A stretch of DNA of 64,000 nt from Ktedonobacteraceae bacterium (lineage in GTDB: Bacteria > Chloroflexota > Ktedonobacteria > Ktedonobacterales > Ktedonobacteraceae): assembly GCA_050695155.1 (NCBI GenBank), contig JBOGTO010000180.1, positions 1 to 64,000 of the forward strand, given 5' to 3'. How positions within the stretch are numbered: the first letter of the stretch is position 1; each line of letters begins with the position of its first letter. Positions 37,541 through 47,392 of the stretch are shown here, in pieces. The position numbers and the translations under genes are program-made. The notes under the pieces are model-generated. The model saw only the letters and a program-made list of their open reading frames with translations, was not told the origin of the DNA and ran no database searches.

Positions 37541-39256
37541 ATGCGTTCTACGATGCGAATAGTGCTTTACTCGGTGGCGGGAGTGGCAGTGGTGATGGCC
37601 CTCATTTTAGCGCTTCATCTGGGTGGTCCGGCAGTACTTAGCATTGGTAAATACTCACAACTCATAGGCGCGTTTATTGGTGGTTCCCTCGCTATTATTT
37701 CAGTTAATATTCCCATGAAGCGGGACGAAAATGTAGAACCCTGGCTGGGACGCGAGAGGTTGGCCTGGACGTTGATCGGAGCTGGTTGTATCGCCTGGGG
37801 TATTGGAGAGAGCTTCTGGCGCTGGTACCTCGCGCATGGCAACCCTAATCCCTTTCCTTCGGCTGCTGATTTCGGCTATTCCAGCCTGCCGCCTCTGATC
37901 TTCCTGGGCCTTGTCCTCCAACCATCGTCTGGTTCTGGACGCAAGCGTGTAATGGTATTGCTGGACAGCCTGATCTCGATGGGCGCTATTCTTGCTATCG
38001 CGTGGTTCTTGCTGCTCGGCTCCCTGGCGCGGGCAGGAGTATTGCAGAGTCTCGGTAATTTCCTGGGCATCTGGTACCCGGCTTCAGACGTAGCTTTGCT
38101 CAGTTGCGTTGTCTTCTTGCTGCTGCGGGGTCAGGGGCGCGTCTATCAGGCTACGGCGCGGCGCGTGAGTTTGCTGGTAATTGGCATCGGCCTGTGCGTC
38201 TTCGCCACTTCAGATTTTATTTTCAATATCCAGCAGGCCGCCAGCACCTATATTGATGGAACCTGGATCGACCTGGGCTGGCCCTTTGGCATGATGATTA
38301 TGGGCGTAGCCGCGTATTTGCGTCGTTACCTGCCCGGCACCTCGTCGGAAATCATTGAACAGCGCATACGCCACCGCAACGAACGTACCGGGTTTGGCCC
38401 GGCACAGGTCGTTCCCTATACCTTGCTGACAATCCTCTTTATCGTGCTGGCGGTTAATGTGCTTTCGAAGGATGCCACACAGGATAGCAATCGCCCGGTA
38501 CTGGTCTTCACGACCTTGCTGGTGGTTGGATTGCTGGTTGCGCGACAGATATTGACGCAGTTGGATAACGAGCGACTGGCGCGACGGCAGGCGATTGCGC
38601 TTGATCGGCTGGAGATTGCTAACAGTCGCGTCGAAGAACAGGCACGTATGATTACCGAGCGCAATATGACTCTTGAAGAGGGCATCGCGCATCTTAAAGA
38701 GGTGCAGGCGCAAATTGCGAATGGCAATCTGCGCGCCCGCGCGCGTTTGGTCGGCGGCGAATTATTGCCACTCGCGGGTAGCCTGAACTTGATGGCAGAT
38801 CGCCTGATTCATTTCGAGCAGACCGATCTGCGCACACAAAAGCTCAGCAGAGCGCTGGCCGAATTGAGCGCGACGCTGGAACGCTACCGCGTGGGAACGC
38901 GCCTGATTGTACCCGCTTCCTGCAATGAGTTCCCTGAAATTCGTCGCCTCTTGCTGGCAATGGGACTGCGGCAGGCTATGTCAGATGCGCAGCAGACCTC
39001 GCAACCGCCGAATCGGCGCACACCATCCCAGGCGCTTGCGCCTCTACCGCCGCAACCGGTGGGCAATCGCTCACCATCGCAAGGATTGACTCCAGCGAAT
39101 GGCATGGCTCCCGTAACACCGTTGCCTGAATTGCCGCAACCATCTAACTTACCGGGTCAGCGTTTGACACCTCCACAGGTGAACATACCGGGGAGAACAT
39201 CGCAGTTGCTCCCAAATCCCTGGGATACGAAGCGAGCAGATAACGGCGGCAGGTAA
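37541..39256 (+). CDS. Polytopic membrane protein (~8 TM) with a cytoplasmic coiled coil, a HAMP-like motif and a Pro-rich tail, but no recognisable output domain
   Basis: HAMP-like IANGNLRARARLVGGELLPLAGSLNLMADRL. The C-terminal 90 aa are P/Q-rich. A paralog lies at 51521-52807. Confidence 0.6.
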   Translation: MRSTMRIVLYSVAGVAVVMALILALHLGGPAVLSIGKYSQLIGAFIGGSLAIISVNIPMKRDENVEPWLGRERLAWTLIGAGCIAWGIGESFWRWYLAHGNPNPFPSAADFGYSSLPPLIFLGLVLQPSSGSGRKRVMVLLDSLISMGAILAIAWFLLLGSLARAGVLQSLGNFLGIWYPASDVALLSCVVFLLLRGQGRVYQATARRVSLLVIGIGLCVFATSDFIFNIQQAASTYIDGTWIDLGWPFGMMIMGVAAYLRRYLPGTSSEIIEQRIRHRNERTGFGPAQVVPYTLLTILFIVLAVNVLSKDATQDSNRPVLVFTTLLVVGLLVARQILTQLDNERLARRQAIALDRLEIANSRVEEQARMITERNMTLEEGIAHLKEVQAQIANGNLRARARLVGGELLPLAGSLNLMADRLIHFEQTDLRTQKLSRALAELSATLERYRVGTRLIVPASCNEFPEIRRLLLAMGLRQAMSDAQQTSQPPNRRTPSQALAPLPPQPVGNRSPSQGLTPANGMAPVTPLPELPQPSNLPGQRLTPPQVNIPGRTSQLLPNPWDTKRADNGGR

Positions 39257-39394
39257 ATACTATGGAAAGGATTTTGATGCTTTCCAGCGGAATGCTATTG
39301 GGAGCGGCTCTGCCTCTGACCTTGCTAGATATGATATAGTGCAGGATGAATGGTGTGTCAGGATTATACAACAATGGTGAACGAGGTGTTGCCT

Positions 39395-39805
39395 ATGTCT
39401 ATCTGCATGATTTGTGATGATAGCGGGCTGCAAAATTCGGATTCCGCCCATCCAGTGTTTTGTTTCTGCTCCGCTGGCAAGCAAGCGCAGCGCCAGTGGG
39501 AGGCCAACAAAGGCGGGAAAGGTCAGGGCCAGGGCAAGAATCAGCCCAGAGCGGCCAGCTTCATTGATATTGCCAATCTGGATGAAGTGAATGCCAGCGT
39601 TGAGGCCATGCGCGCTTCATTGCTCGGCTCATTATCGAACGAGGCCAGCGCTTCTACCCGGCATCCGGCAGTGCAATTGCTCTATAAAGTAGCCCATGCG
39701 AACCATGAAGTCTCCGTTGCCGAAGCGACTCAACTCTATGAGCTGGCAAAGGCGCTTGAAGTCTTCCTTGCTGGATTGGCTCCTATCGGGCGCAATGTCA
39801 AATAG
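39395..39805 (+). CDS. Hypothetical protein with an N-terminal Cys/His cluster (CMICDDSG...HPVFCFCSAG)
   Basis: Start at MSICMI with a GAGGTG RBS; the rest is helical. No known domain. Confidence 0.4.
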   Translation: MSICMICDDSGLQNSDSAHPVFCFCSAGKQAQRQWEANKGGKGQGQGKNQPRAASFIDIANLDEVNASVEAMRASLLGSLSNEASASTRHPAVQLLYKVAHANHEVSVAEATQLYELAKALEVFLAGLAPIGRNVK

Positions 39806-40058
39806 ACGACGCGCAATAGCAAATTAGGGTATCTAGTATTGACAGTATTGCATGTTTTTGACTACTATACTCTTGCGGGAACAATCTCTTCATCTACAAA
39901 GTGCATGAACCCGAGATGAACGGTGTCTCGGGGTTTGTTATTTATCACTCAAGGGTATCTTGAAAAATATTTGTTTGGTGTTCCGGTTTAAGCTGGCGTC
40001 ATAAGCAGCGTAGTTGTGCTGCTTGCCCTCATTACCGGGATGCAGAGAGAGGTACACC

Positions 40059-41990
40059 ATGTTATGTCCGCGTTGTGGCAACGAGTGGGATGCCAGCAGA
40101 AGTTCTTGCTCAAACTGTGGGTTCAGGGTGCGAGCAGCCGCTCCTACAGCAGCATCAGCTTCACCCGCCGATCTCTCGCAGAGAGGTGGCGTATCACAGG
40201 GTCAAACTTTCACTCCTGGTCAGCCGAATGGTAATGGGTCGATGGCGAGGCAGCAACGCGGTAATGCACCGGCGGTGTCAACACCGAACTCGCAGCCTGC
40301 TAATAGCCCGATATCAGGAGCGAACTGGCCTATTGCGAAACAACATTCGGGAAAACACCCAACGGTGAAGAAGCAAACAGACGGGCTATCTGCTTCACAG
40401 CTCCCCAACACTCCGCGCCCGATGTCTCCACCTTCGTCTTCCCTGATTCCGCAGCGTGGGGCCAATGTGCATACGAATGGGCCGCTCCCAACGAATGATG
40501 TTACTACGAGGCCCGCCTTTGAAAAGCATTCTCTGCGCAAAGTGTCTCCCGGTAGAGATGCGGAAGCGGGACAGGCTTTCACGCAGCCGCCATTTTCCGC
40601 CAACAATGCAGCGCCATCTTTCGGAACGACGCAGCAGGCGCGGCCTCGCCCGGCGACGCAGCCAGCGCCAGACGATTTTCAACAGGATATGCCTCGCCCA
40701 CAGGCGCAGCCAATGACACAGCGCCGCCCTGCTCCATTTGACGGGGGAACGAATGCCAGAGGGGCATCTCGCCCAGGAGGAGGCGCATCCACGCGGCAGC
40801 CGACAGGCCCCAATGCTCAGGTAAAATCGACAGGCCAGCCCTCGAACGCCCGCCCACTGACTCCCGGTGTGCAGTTGCGTGGCAATCGCTACCGCTTGCA
40901 AGAGCTAATGGAGCGGCAAGATTGGTTGTCGGGGGTATTTGAGGCAGCATGGATTGGTAGGGATTCGCAGCGCGGCGGACAGCAGGTTGTGATCTGTGAA
41001 GTAGCATTACCTGAAACTGCTTCGGTTATGTCGCAATCTATTTTACGAACCGCTACCATGTCCCTGGCGAATGTTGGACGCCACCCGCGCATACCTGCCC
41101 TGTGGGATGCTTTTGGCGATCAGGGACATAGCTTCTTCGTGTTTGAACCGGTTGAGGGTGAGTCGCTTTTGCAGCGTCTCCGTTACACTGGACGGCCCTT
41201 GCCAGAGCAGGAAGTCATCGAATGCTGTCTCCAGATGACCGAGGTATTGGACCTGTTATCGCAGCAATCGCCGCAAATGGTGCATGGCTTAATTCGCCCG
41301 GAACATATTATCGCCGGACGTAATGGTTCGCAGTATTCCCTCACGAATTTTTCGGTCGTGCTGGCGGGCGGAGCAACACAATTTGTAGTGGGCATGGAAC
41401 GCAATCGGCTTTCGGCATATACCGCTCCCGAATTTGTGCGCGGGGTGGTGGATGTGCGCACCGACATGTATTCGTTGATCGCCACTGTCTATCATGCCGT
41501 AACTGGGACAGTGCCATCAGGCATCAGTGGCAGCATTCCACAGGCGCAGCGCATCAACCATGCGATTTCATCTGAGTTCGACGCTATCCTTACAAAAGGG
41601 TTACGCGCGGTTGCTAACCAGCGCTATCAACGCCCCTCCGAGTTGCGTCAGGACCTGCTGGCCCTCCGTTCAGTGAGCGGTTCGTTAGTCTCTCCCGGCA
41701 ATTCCCCGGCGGCAAGCTTTTCCATGTCTGCCGGAAATTATGCTCCTGCACAGCCAGCAAGAGGCAATCAGCAGGCGCAATTCACCCAGCGCGCCCAGGC
41801 AGAATTCATGCCGCTGCCTATTAGCATGGCAACCGATGATCCAGGGAGTGATCGGATACTCTTATTACCGAAGCCCGAAGATCTGCCCCCCATGACGCAA
41901 GCTGATGATCGTCTTAACGCTGCTTTCTGGCTGGGAGCAATCCTGATTAGCCTCATTATCCTGGTAATACTGACCCAGATCCTCAGTTAA
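40059..41990 (+). CDS. Predicted pseudokinase: N-terminal zinc ribbon, a ~250-aa Pro/Gln/Ala-rich disordered region, a degenerate protein-kinase fold and a C-terminal TM anchor
   Basis: CPRCGNEW...CSNCGF ribbon. Kinase-like region with VVICEVAL (no VAIK Lys), HGLIRPEHII (no HRD Asp, no Asn) and NFS in place of DFG, but a conserved APE-like YTAPEF. C-terminal helix AAFWLGAILISLIILVILTQIL. Confidence 0.6.
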   Translation: MLCPRCGNEWDASRSSCSNCGFRVRAAAPTAASASPADLSQRGGVSQGQTFTPGQPNGNGSMARQQRGNAPAVSTPNSQPANSPISGANWPIAKQHSGKHPTVKKQTDGLSASQLPNTPRPMSPPSSSLIPQRGANVHTNGPLPTNDVTTRPAFEKHSLRKVSPGRDAEAGQAFTQPPFSANNAAPSFGTTQQARPRPATQPAPDDFQQDMPRPQAQPMTQRRPAPFDGGTNARGASRPGGGASTRQPTGPNAQVKSTGQPSNARPLTPGVQLRGNRYRLQELMERQDWLSGVFEAAWIGRDSQRGGQQVVICEVALPETASVMSQSILRTATMSLANVGRHPRIPALWDAFGDQGHSFFVFEPVEGESLLQRLRYTGRPLPEQEVIECCLQMTEVLDLLSQQSPQMVHGLIRPEHIIAGRNGSQYSLTNFSVVLAGGATQFVVGMERNRLSAYTAPEFVRGVVDVRTDMYSLIATVYHAVTGTVPSGISGSIPQAQRINHAISSEFDAILTKGLRAVANQRYQRPSELRQDLLALRSVSGSLVSPGNSPAASFSMSAGNYAPAQPARGNQQAQFTQRAQAEFMPLPISMATDDPGSDRILLLPKPEDLPPMTQADDRLNAAFWLGAILISLIILVILTQILS

Positions 41991-42005
41991 TCGCCTGGTG
42001 AAAAC

Positions 42006-42052
42006 GGGTGAGCGGCGACGCATTCTATACATCGCCGCTCACCCATTTTTAC
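42006..42052. terminator. Bidirectional rho-independent terminator between the pseudokinase gene (+) and the polyprenyl synthase gene (-)
   Basis: 12-bp stem gggtgagcggcg / cgccgctcaccc with a 15-nt loop, followed by ATTTTTAC on the + strand and preceded by the complement of GTTTT on the - strand. Confidence 0.6.
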
Positions 42053-42062
42053 AAAGTATTTG

Positions 42063-43052
42063 CTAATGGTTGCGCATGATAACGAAGTCGATCAACTCAT
42101 CAAGCACATCGCGGTCTGCTGAATGTGGGAAGCGTTTAAGCGAAGCGCGCGCGCTGGCCGCGTAGCGGTGCGCATCATCGCGGGCCTGCTTGATGCCAGG
42201 TCCCTTAACGACCCACTGCACAATGGGCATAATATCCTCATCGGTATGCGCCCCGCCATTGAGGATGGTATGGACCTGTCGCAGGTTGCCATTCAACGGC
42301 TGTTCCTGTAAAGCATAGATCAAGGGAAGCGTAACCATGCCCTGACGTAAGTCATTGCCTGCCGGTTTTCCTATAGTTGTCTGGTCTTCGGTATAATCGA
42401 GGATGTCATCGATGATCTGGAACGCAATACCCAGGTTCATGCCGTAGTCATGCAGCAGGCGAATGTCCTCACTCGATGCCTCGCTGACAATGGCACCTCC
42501 TTTGCAACAGGCAGCGATCAGGCAGGCGGTCTTATGGCTGATCTTCTCGTAGTAATTTTCAACGGTAAGATCGACGCGCCCGGCGGTCATAATCTCCATG
42601 ATGGTTCCCTCGCAGACGGTTGCGACGGTATCGGAGAAGAGATGATCGATGCGGTTATCGTTGATGTCCGCGATCAAGCCTGCCGTTTTGGCGAAGTAGT
42701 AGTCGCCCAGCAGGATGGCGATATTGTTGCCCCACAGCGCATTGACGGTCGGGTTTCCCCGGCGCGTCATGGCATTGTCAACGATATCGTCATGTAGTAA
42801 CGTTGCCAAATGTACCATTTCAAAGGCTACACTGAGGGGCAATAATTTGTCAAAGCGGTACGAGTTTAGTTTTCCTGAGAGTAAAGTGAGCGCGGTACGC
42901 AGGCGTTTGCCGGGCGATCCAAGCGCGTGCATCGATGCCGAGTTTAGAATATCCAGTCCAGAGGTGGCGCGTTCCTGAAATGTGGCATCCACTTGATCCA
43001 GGTCAGATTGGATACCGGAAAATAAGCGGCTCAAAGTGGCCGTATCGCTCAT
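42063..43052 (-). CDS. Trans-polyprenyl diphosphate synthase (GGPP / hepta- or octaprenyl diphosphate synthase family)
   Basis: First aspartate-rich motif LLHDDIVDN and second FQIIDDILD. 329 aa. Confidence 0.85.
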   Translation of the reverse strand: MSDTATLSRLFSGIQSDLDQVDATFQERATSGLDILNSASMHALGSPGKRLRTALTLLSGKLNSYRFDKLLPLSVAFEMVHLATLLHDDIVDNAMTRRGNPTVNALWGNNIAILLGDYYFAKTAGLIADINDNRIDHLFSDTVATVCEGTIMEIMTAGRVDLTVENYYEKISHKTACLIAACCKGGAIVSEASSEDIRLLHDYGMNLGIAFQIIDDILDYTEDQTTIGKPAGNDLRQGMVTLPLIYALQEQPLNGNLRQVHTILNGGAHTDEDIMPIVQWVVKGPGIKQARDDAHRYAASARASLKRFPHSADRDVLDELIDFVIMRNH

Positions 43053-43138
43053 GAGAAGTCTCCGTTTCGGGCATCAGCTTAGCTTATCAACTCTTTTAAG
43101 ATTATAGCACGCGCTATCCATTGCGCCGGGAGGGGTGG

Positions 43139-44084
43139 CTACACATTAGAGGTTTCGTCCAACTCCATCAAGTCTTCCTGAACGTAGCCTGCCGTCAGAT
43201 TCAGTTCTTCCAGCGCGTCCATAGCGGCGCTATATTCCATCCAGGTGAGGCGGCGATTCAAAATGGGGTCGTTGATGGCTTTCCAGGCCGGGAAGTATTG
43301 ATCCATCAGGCTGACAGGCGTTTCGGGGCTGAGTTCTTCTGCGATCCAGCGCAACACTTCGCGCGTGCCTGAGATGTCTTCTGGCATCACCAGGTGACGA
43401 ATCAGCAGGCCGCGCCGCGCAATACCCTCTTCATCGAGCTGCAACGGCCCAACCTGGCGATACATTTCGCGTAAAGTGATCTGGTTTGAATCGACGTAAT
43501 GCGGCATCTTGGAAGTGCGCAGCGCGTTTTTGTTGTCAGAATACTTGGAATCGGGCAGGTACACATCGACCACTCCATCTAACAATTGCAGCGTTTCCAG
43601 GTTTTCGTAGCCCGCGCAGTTATACACAATTGGCAGATGCAGACCCTTGCCACAGGCGACCACCAGCGCTGCTAAAATCTGTGGTACAAAATGCGTAGGC
43701 GTCACCAGATCGAGGTTGTGACATTTTTTCTTCTGGAGGTACATCATCATGTCTGCCAGGCGCTCCGGCCCGACACGATGCCCCAGGCCGCCCTGGCTCA
43801 GCGAGAAATTCTGACAGTAGGTACAACGCGCCTGGCAATAGCCGAAGAAAATAGTACCTGCTCCCCGCGTACCGCTAATGGGCGGTTCCTCCCTGCGGTG
43901 GACGTTCCACGATGCCACGATGGCTTCGGTGCCGGACCTGCATACGCCCGTCTTGCCTGCGATGCGATTGCATTTGCAATTCTGCGGGCAAATGGTGCAA
44001 CTACGCAGTACTTCCCACGCGGCGGCGGCGCGTTCGGCCAGTTCGCCTGTTTCATAGAGATTAAGATAACTCGGATAAAGCATG
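43139..44084 (-). CDS. Radical SAM protein of the PflX-like (COG1313) pyruvate formate-lyase-activase-related family
   Basis: CQARCTYCQN CxxxCxxC cluster motif, preceded by an N-terminal Cys-rich region CTICPQNCKCNRIAGKTGVCRSG. Start reassigned to MLYPSY (44084); the upstream table extension overlaps the divergent yceI gene. Confidence 0.7.
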
Positions 44085-44257
44085 AAGCCAGTATACCATA
44101 TTTTCTCACATTTGAAGAGGGAAACTTGACAAAAGCAATTCCCTAATATAATATTAGTTCCGTATAGAAAGTATGTATTGGAAAGATAATAAGCAGAACG
44201 GTTTTTTTGCCTTTCCAAACATAAGTAAGCTATTTTGTTTTTCAGGAAGGAAATACC

Positions 44258-44818
44258 ATGACTACACAGAGCGAAGCGCAAGGCGCAACCACGAGTCGCT
44301 GGGCGTTTGATCCTTACCACACGCAAGTCGAGTTCGCGGCGAAACACCTGGGCATGATGACGGTGCGCGGCCACTTTGCCGATGTCGAAGCAACCGGCAC
44401 TATTTACCCCGACAATCCCGAAGCATCATCAGTGGACGTTACCGTTCAGACTGCCAGTATTCGTACTCATAATGAGAAGCGGGACGGCGACCTGCGCACA
44501 TCGAATTTTTTGGAGACCGACAAGTATCCAACCATGACATTCAAAAGCGCCAGCATCAAAGCGACCGGGCAAGACCGCTTCGACATGACTGGCGACCTGA
44601 CCATCAAGGGTACCACGCGGCCCGTGACGCTTGCCGTAGTGAAGTATGGCGAGTTCAATGATCCCAGAATGGGCCACCGCATTGGCTATAGCGCCGAGGG
44701 CCAGATCAACCGCAAAGACTTCGGCATGACGTTCAATATGCTGATGGATGGCAAGTGGATGGTCAGCGACGAGATTCAGATCATGATCGAAGGCGAGTTC
44801 GTCGAGCAGCAATCTTGA
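44258..44818 (+). CDS. YceI-family (polyisoprenoid-binding, lipocalin-like) protein
   Basis: WAFDPYHTQVEFAAKHLGMMTVRGHF N-terminal signature; 186 aa. Confidence 0.75.
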   Translation: MTTQSEAQGATTSRWAFDPYHTQVEFAAKHLGMMTVRGHFADVEATGTIYPDNPEASSVDVTVQTASIRTHNEKRDGDLRTSNFLETDKYPTMTFKSASIKATGQDRFDMTGDLTIKGTTRPVTLAVVKYGEFNDPRMGHRIGYSAEGQINRKDFGMTFNMLMDGKWMVSDEIQIMIEGEFVEQQS

Positions 44819-45844
44819 TCAGTCAGGAAAAGTAAGTAAACGTCTGGGCGTGTCGATAAACATGGTGTCCAGTTCTTGTTGCGAGACGCCTGCGTGGCGC
44901 AGGCGTGGCACGATATTGGTGAGCAGGTGATCCCAGCCCCAACCGCCGTAGCGATGGAACTGGATGCGTGTGCAAATATCGTGTGCCAGGGTGATTTGCG
45001 ATGCATAGCCTTTTTCTAGCAGGCGCAAGATACACTCGATACGCTCGGTGTCGCGTGGTTCCTGCCCGAACTGTGCATCGAAATAGGTTTCCGACCCGAA
45101 GGTATCGAACGAAAGCACCGCGCCCCGTTCGGCAATTTTGGCGTGCCAATCTGGTTCGACGAGTTCATCGCAATGGCTAATGGCAACGCGGGTCAGGTCC
45201 GCGCCCTCTGCTTCCAGGATGTCCAGAATATGCAGGTGTTCGTGTCCCCAGATGAGCGGATGCACGTTGATGCTGGCTCCTGTTTGCTTCTGCGCCCGCG
45301 CGGCGGCGCGTAACTGTCTTTCCTCGAATGGATAAATGGGTGAGCTGGTTCCCAGTTCACCCATCAGTCCGGCGCGAATGGTTGTGCCGTACATGCCTTC
45401 CTGTAACCAGCGCAGGAGATCATCCGTGATTTCTTCCACACTGCGCTCATGGAGAGACGCAGGTAAAAGCGGCTGCCGGTAGTAGCCGCAGCCTGCAATC
45501 ACATTGAGACCTGTACGTTCGGCAATGCCGCGCAATCCCTGTGGATCTGGCCGAATGCCAATCGTTGTCATGTCGATGAGTGCCTGGCCGCCAGCCTGCC
45601 GGTACCAGTGCAGTTCGCGGATACTCAATTCAGCATCATTAAGTAACAGGTTGGGTTTAGAATGATAGGGATTGCGCATCAAATCGCCCCGGTTTTCCAG
45701 CGTTGGTTCCTGGTCGATCAGATGCGCTCGATGCGCGGGTGGCTCATCCCATAAACCACGCAGGTCGATGAGCAGGTGCTCATGACCCAGCGTGGTACCC
45801 AGTTGCGCTGGCGCAATGTCACCTGTCACCGTTCTAATGTGCAT
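44819..45844 (-). CDS. php: Phosphotriesterase-related protein (PTE/Php amidohydrolase family)
   Basis: GTTLGHEHLLIDL metal-binding N-terminal motif. Collinear with E. coli Php through the His/Asp ligands (VHP...GHEHL...HCD). Confidence 0.8.
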   Translation of the reverse strand: MHIRTVTGDIAPAQLGTTLGHEHLLIDLRGLWDEPPAHRAHLIDQEPTLENRGDLMRNPYHSKPNLLLNDAELSIRELHWYRQAGGQALIDMTTIGIRPDPQGLRGIAERTGLNVIAGCGYYRQPLLPASLHERSVEEITDDLLRWLQEGMYGTTIRAGLMGELGTSSPIYPFEERQLRAAARAQKQTGASINVHPLIWGHEHLHILDILEAEGADLTRVAISHCDELVEPDWHAKIAERGAVLSFDTFGSETYFDAQFGQEPRDTERIECILRLLEKGYASQITLAHDICTRIQFHRYGGWGWDHLLTNIVPRLRHAGVSQQELDTMFIDTPRRLLTFPD

Positions 45845-45877
45845 ATACCATATCCTGCAAAGGAGTAATGGGTTATC

Positions 45878-47172
45878 CTATTCTTCCTCAGCCTGTTCAG
45901 AAGCCTGCGTGGGTTGTTCCGACTCAGGCCATTTGAAGCCGCGACGCGAAGGCCGCAGATGAGGCGTATCCGGGTTGGTGTCGTCTTTGCGACCCCGCTT
46001 TGTCTTCGGGCTGGCGGCGCGAGCGCGCGTTGCCCTGGCCTTTTTGGGCTTTGGTGATGCCTCGCTTGCTGCTTCGTCCGTCGCGCTATCGTTGGCTGGT
46101 TCGGCTGGCACGATATGCTCGATCAAGCTATCGGTCTGCTGGTTCACTTCCGCCATGAACTCAGCGTCTTTTTGCTGGTCTTCGCGTGGTTTGCGCGCGG
46201 CGTCCCTGCCGTGGCGCGGTGTCTCGCGGCTTTCGACTACGTCGGGAGAAGTTGCACGCGCATCGAACTGTTCGTAGTCGCCTTCGAACTGCTCGCGCTC
46301 ATGTGTTGGCCGCGCAACATCCCTGGTTTTAGGCGTGAAGCGTTGAGGACGACTTTGCCAGCGTGAATTGTGCGGGTCGGGGCGTCCCGCCGCGCGTTCC
46401 TGCCTCTGCTCGCGGTAATAGCCGCGCGGGCGTGGCTCATGGCTGTCAGATCTGCGCGGGGGCCGCTCGTCGCGCTCGAAACTGCGCGGCTGGCGATTGT
46501 CGTAGTCGGAGCTGCGCGGCTGGCGATCGTCATGCTCAAAATCGCGTGGAGGTCGCTCATTCCGCTCAAAGCTACGCGGTTGCCTGTTTTCGCGGTCGAA
46601 ACTGCGCTGAGGCCGCTCATCACGCTGGAAATTGCGTGGTGTCCGGTCATCACGGCGATCATCGTAGCCGCGAGATGGTGGCCGGTTGTTGGAGTAGCGA
46701 GAATCTTCGCGCGGGCGTAAATCGTTGCTCTCTGGTCGGGGTTGGTAGTCCCGGCGTTGATTATATTGTCGCTCGTCAAATTTGCGCATCCCTGACTCGA
46801 AAGGCTGCGGACGCGCTCCCTGATAGCGATTGGGAGTATGCTCACCCTGTCTGCGATCAAACGGGCGGTTTCCGTAGGGTGCGCGGTTATTCCCACTATT
46901 GTTAGTGCGACTGTTATAAGCGGAGGATTGCCCTGATTGCTGCGGGCGTCGCCAGTTATCGCGGGGCGGCTGACCGCCTCGCGTATCGCGCGCGCGATAA
47001 TCGGAATGATTCTGGCGCGCTCCGTTTTCCCAGGCTTTGTCTACCGTGTCACGATTAAGTCGAGGTCTGGCAGGTCGAGGAGACCGCTCTTCTCCCTGGC
47101 CGCCGGAGGATGAATGGCGAGAGTACGGTCGCTCGTCGTCTCGCCTTTGCTTACTGAAATCTCTGGTCATGT
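45878..47172 (-). CDS. Highly charged Arg/Asp/Glu/Pro-rich low-complexity protein with imperfect tandem ~10-aa repeats (RQPRSFERDE-like); likely intrinsically disordered
   Basis: Start at MTRDFSK (47172). More than 60% R/D/E/P/Q/S. Repeats include DERPQRSFDRENRQPRSFERNERPPRDFEHDDRQPRSSDYDNRQPRSFERDERPPR. Confidence 0.5.
46370..46720. repeat. Imperfect tandem ~30-bp coding repeats inside the R/D/E-rich gene
   Basis: Recurring units (cgcgcggctggcgattgtcgtagtcggagctg / cgcggctggcgatcgtcatgctcaaaatcg / cgtggaggtcgctcattccgctcaaagctacg ...) seen on the + strand. Confidence 0.5.
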
Positions 47173-47392
47173 GTCCTTTCCAAATGGGTTGGTGAGGATT
47201 AATCTTACGGGGTTGACGGATTGGCAAGTTCCTTGTATAAGAAGTGTCCCGTCGGTCATTCCGCCCTCGCTCCAAATTTACGCGCTTCGTGCTGCTGGCA
47301 TAGAAGAAAAGAGGGAAGCGCTGTCTACATCCACAGTATACCACATATTCGCGGCGCTGGCGATAATCTGGCGATATTGGCTATTTAATTTC

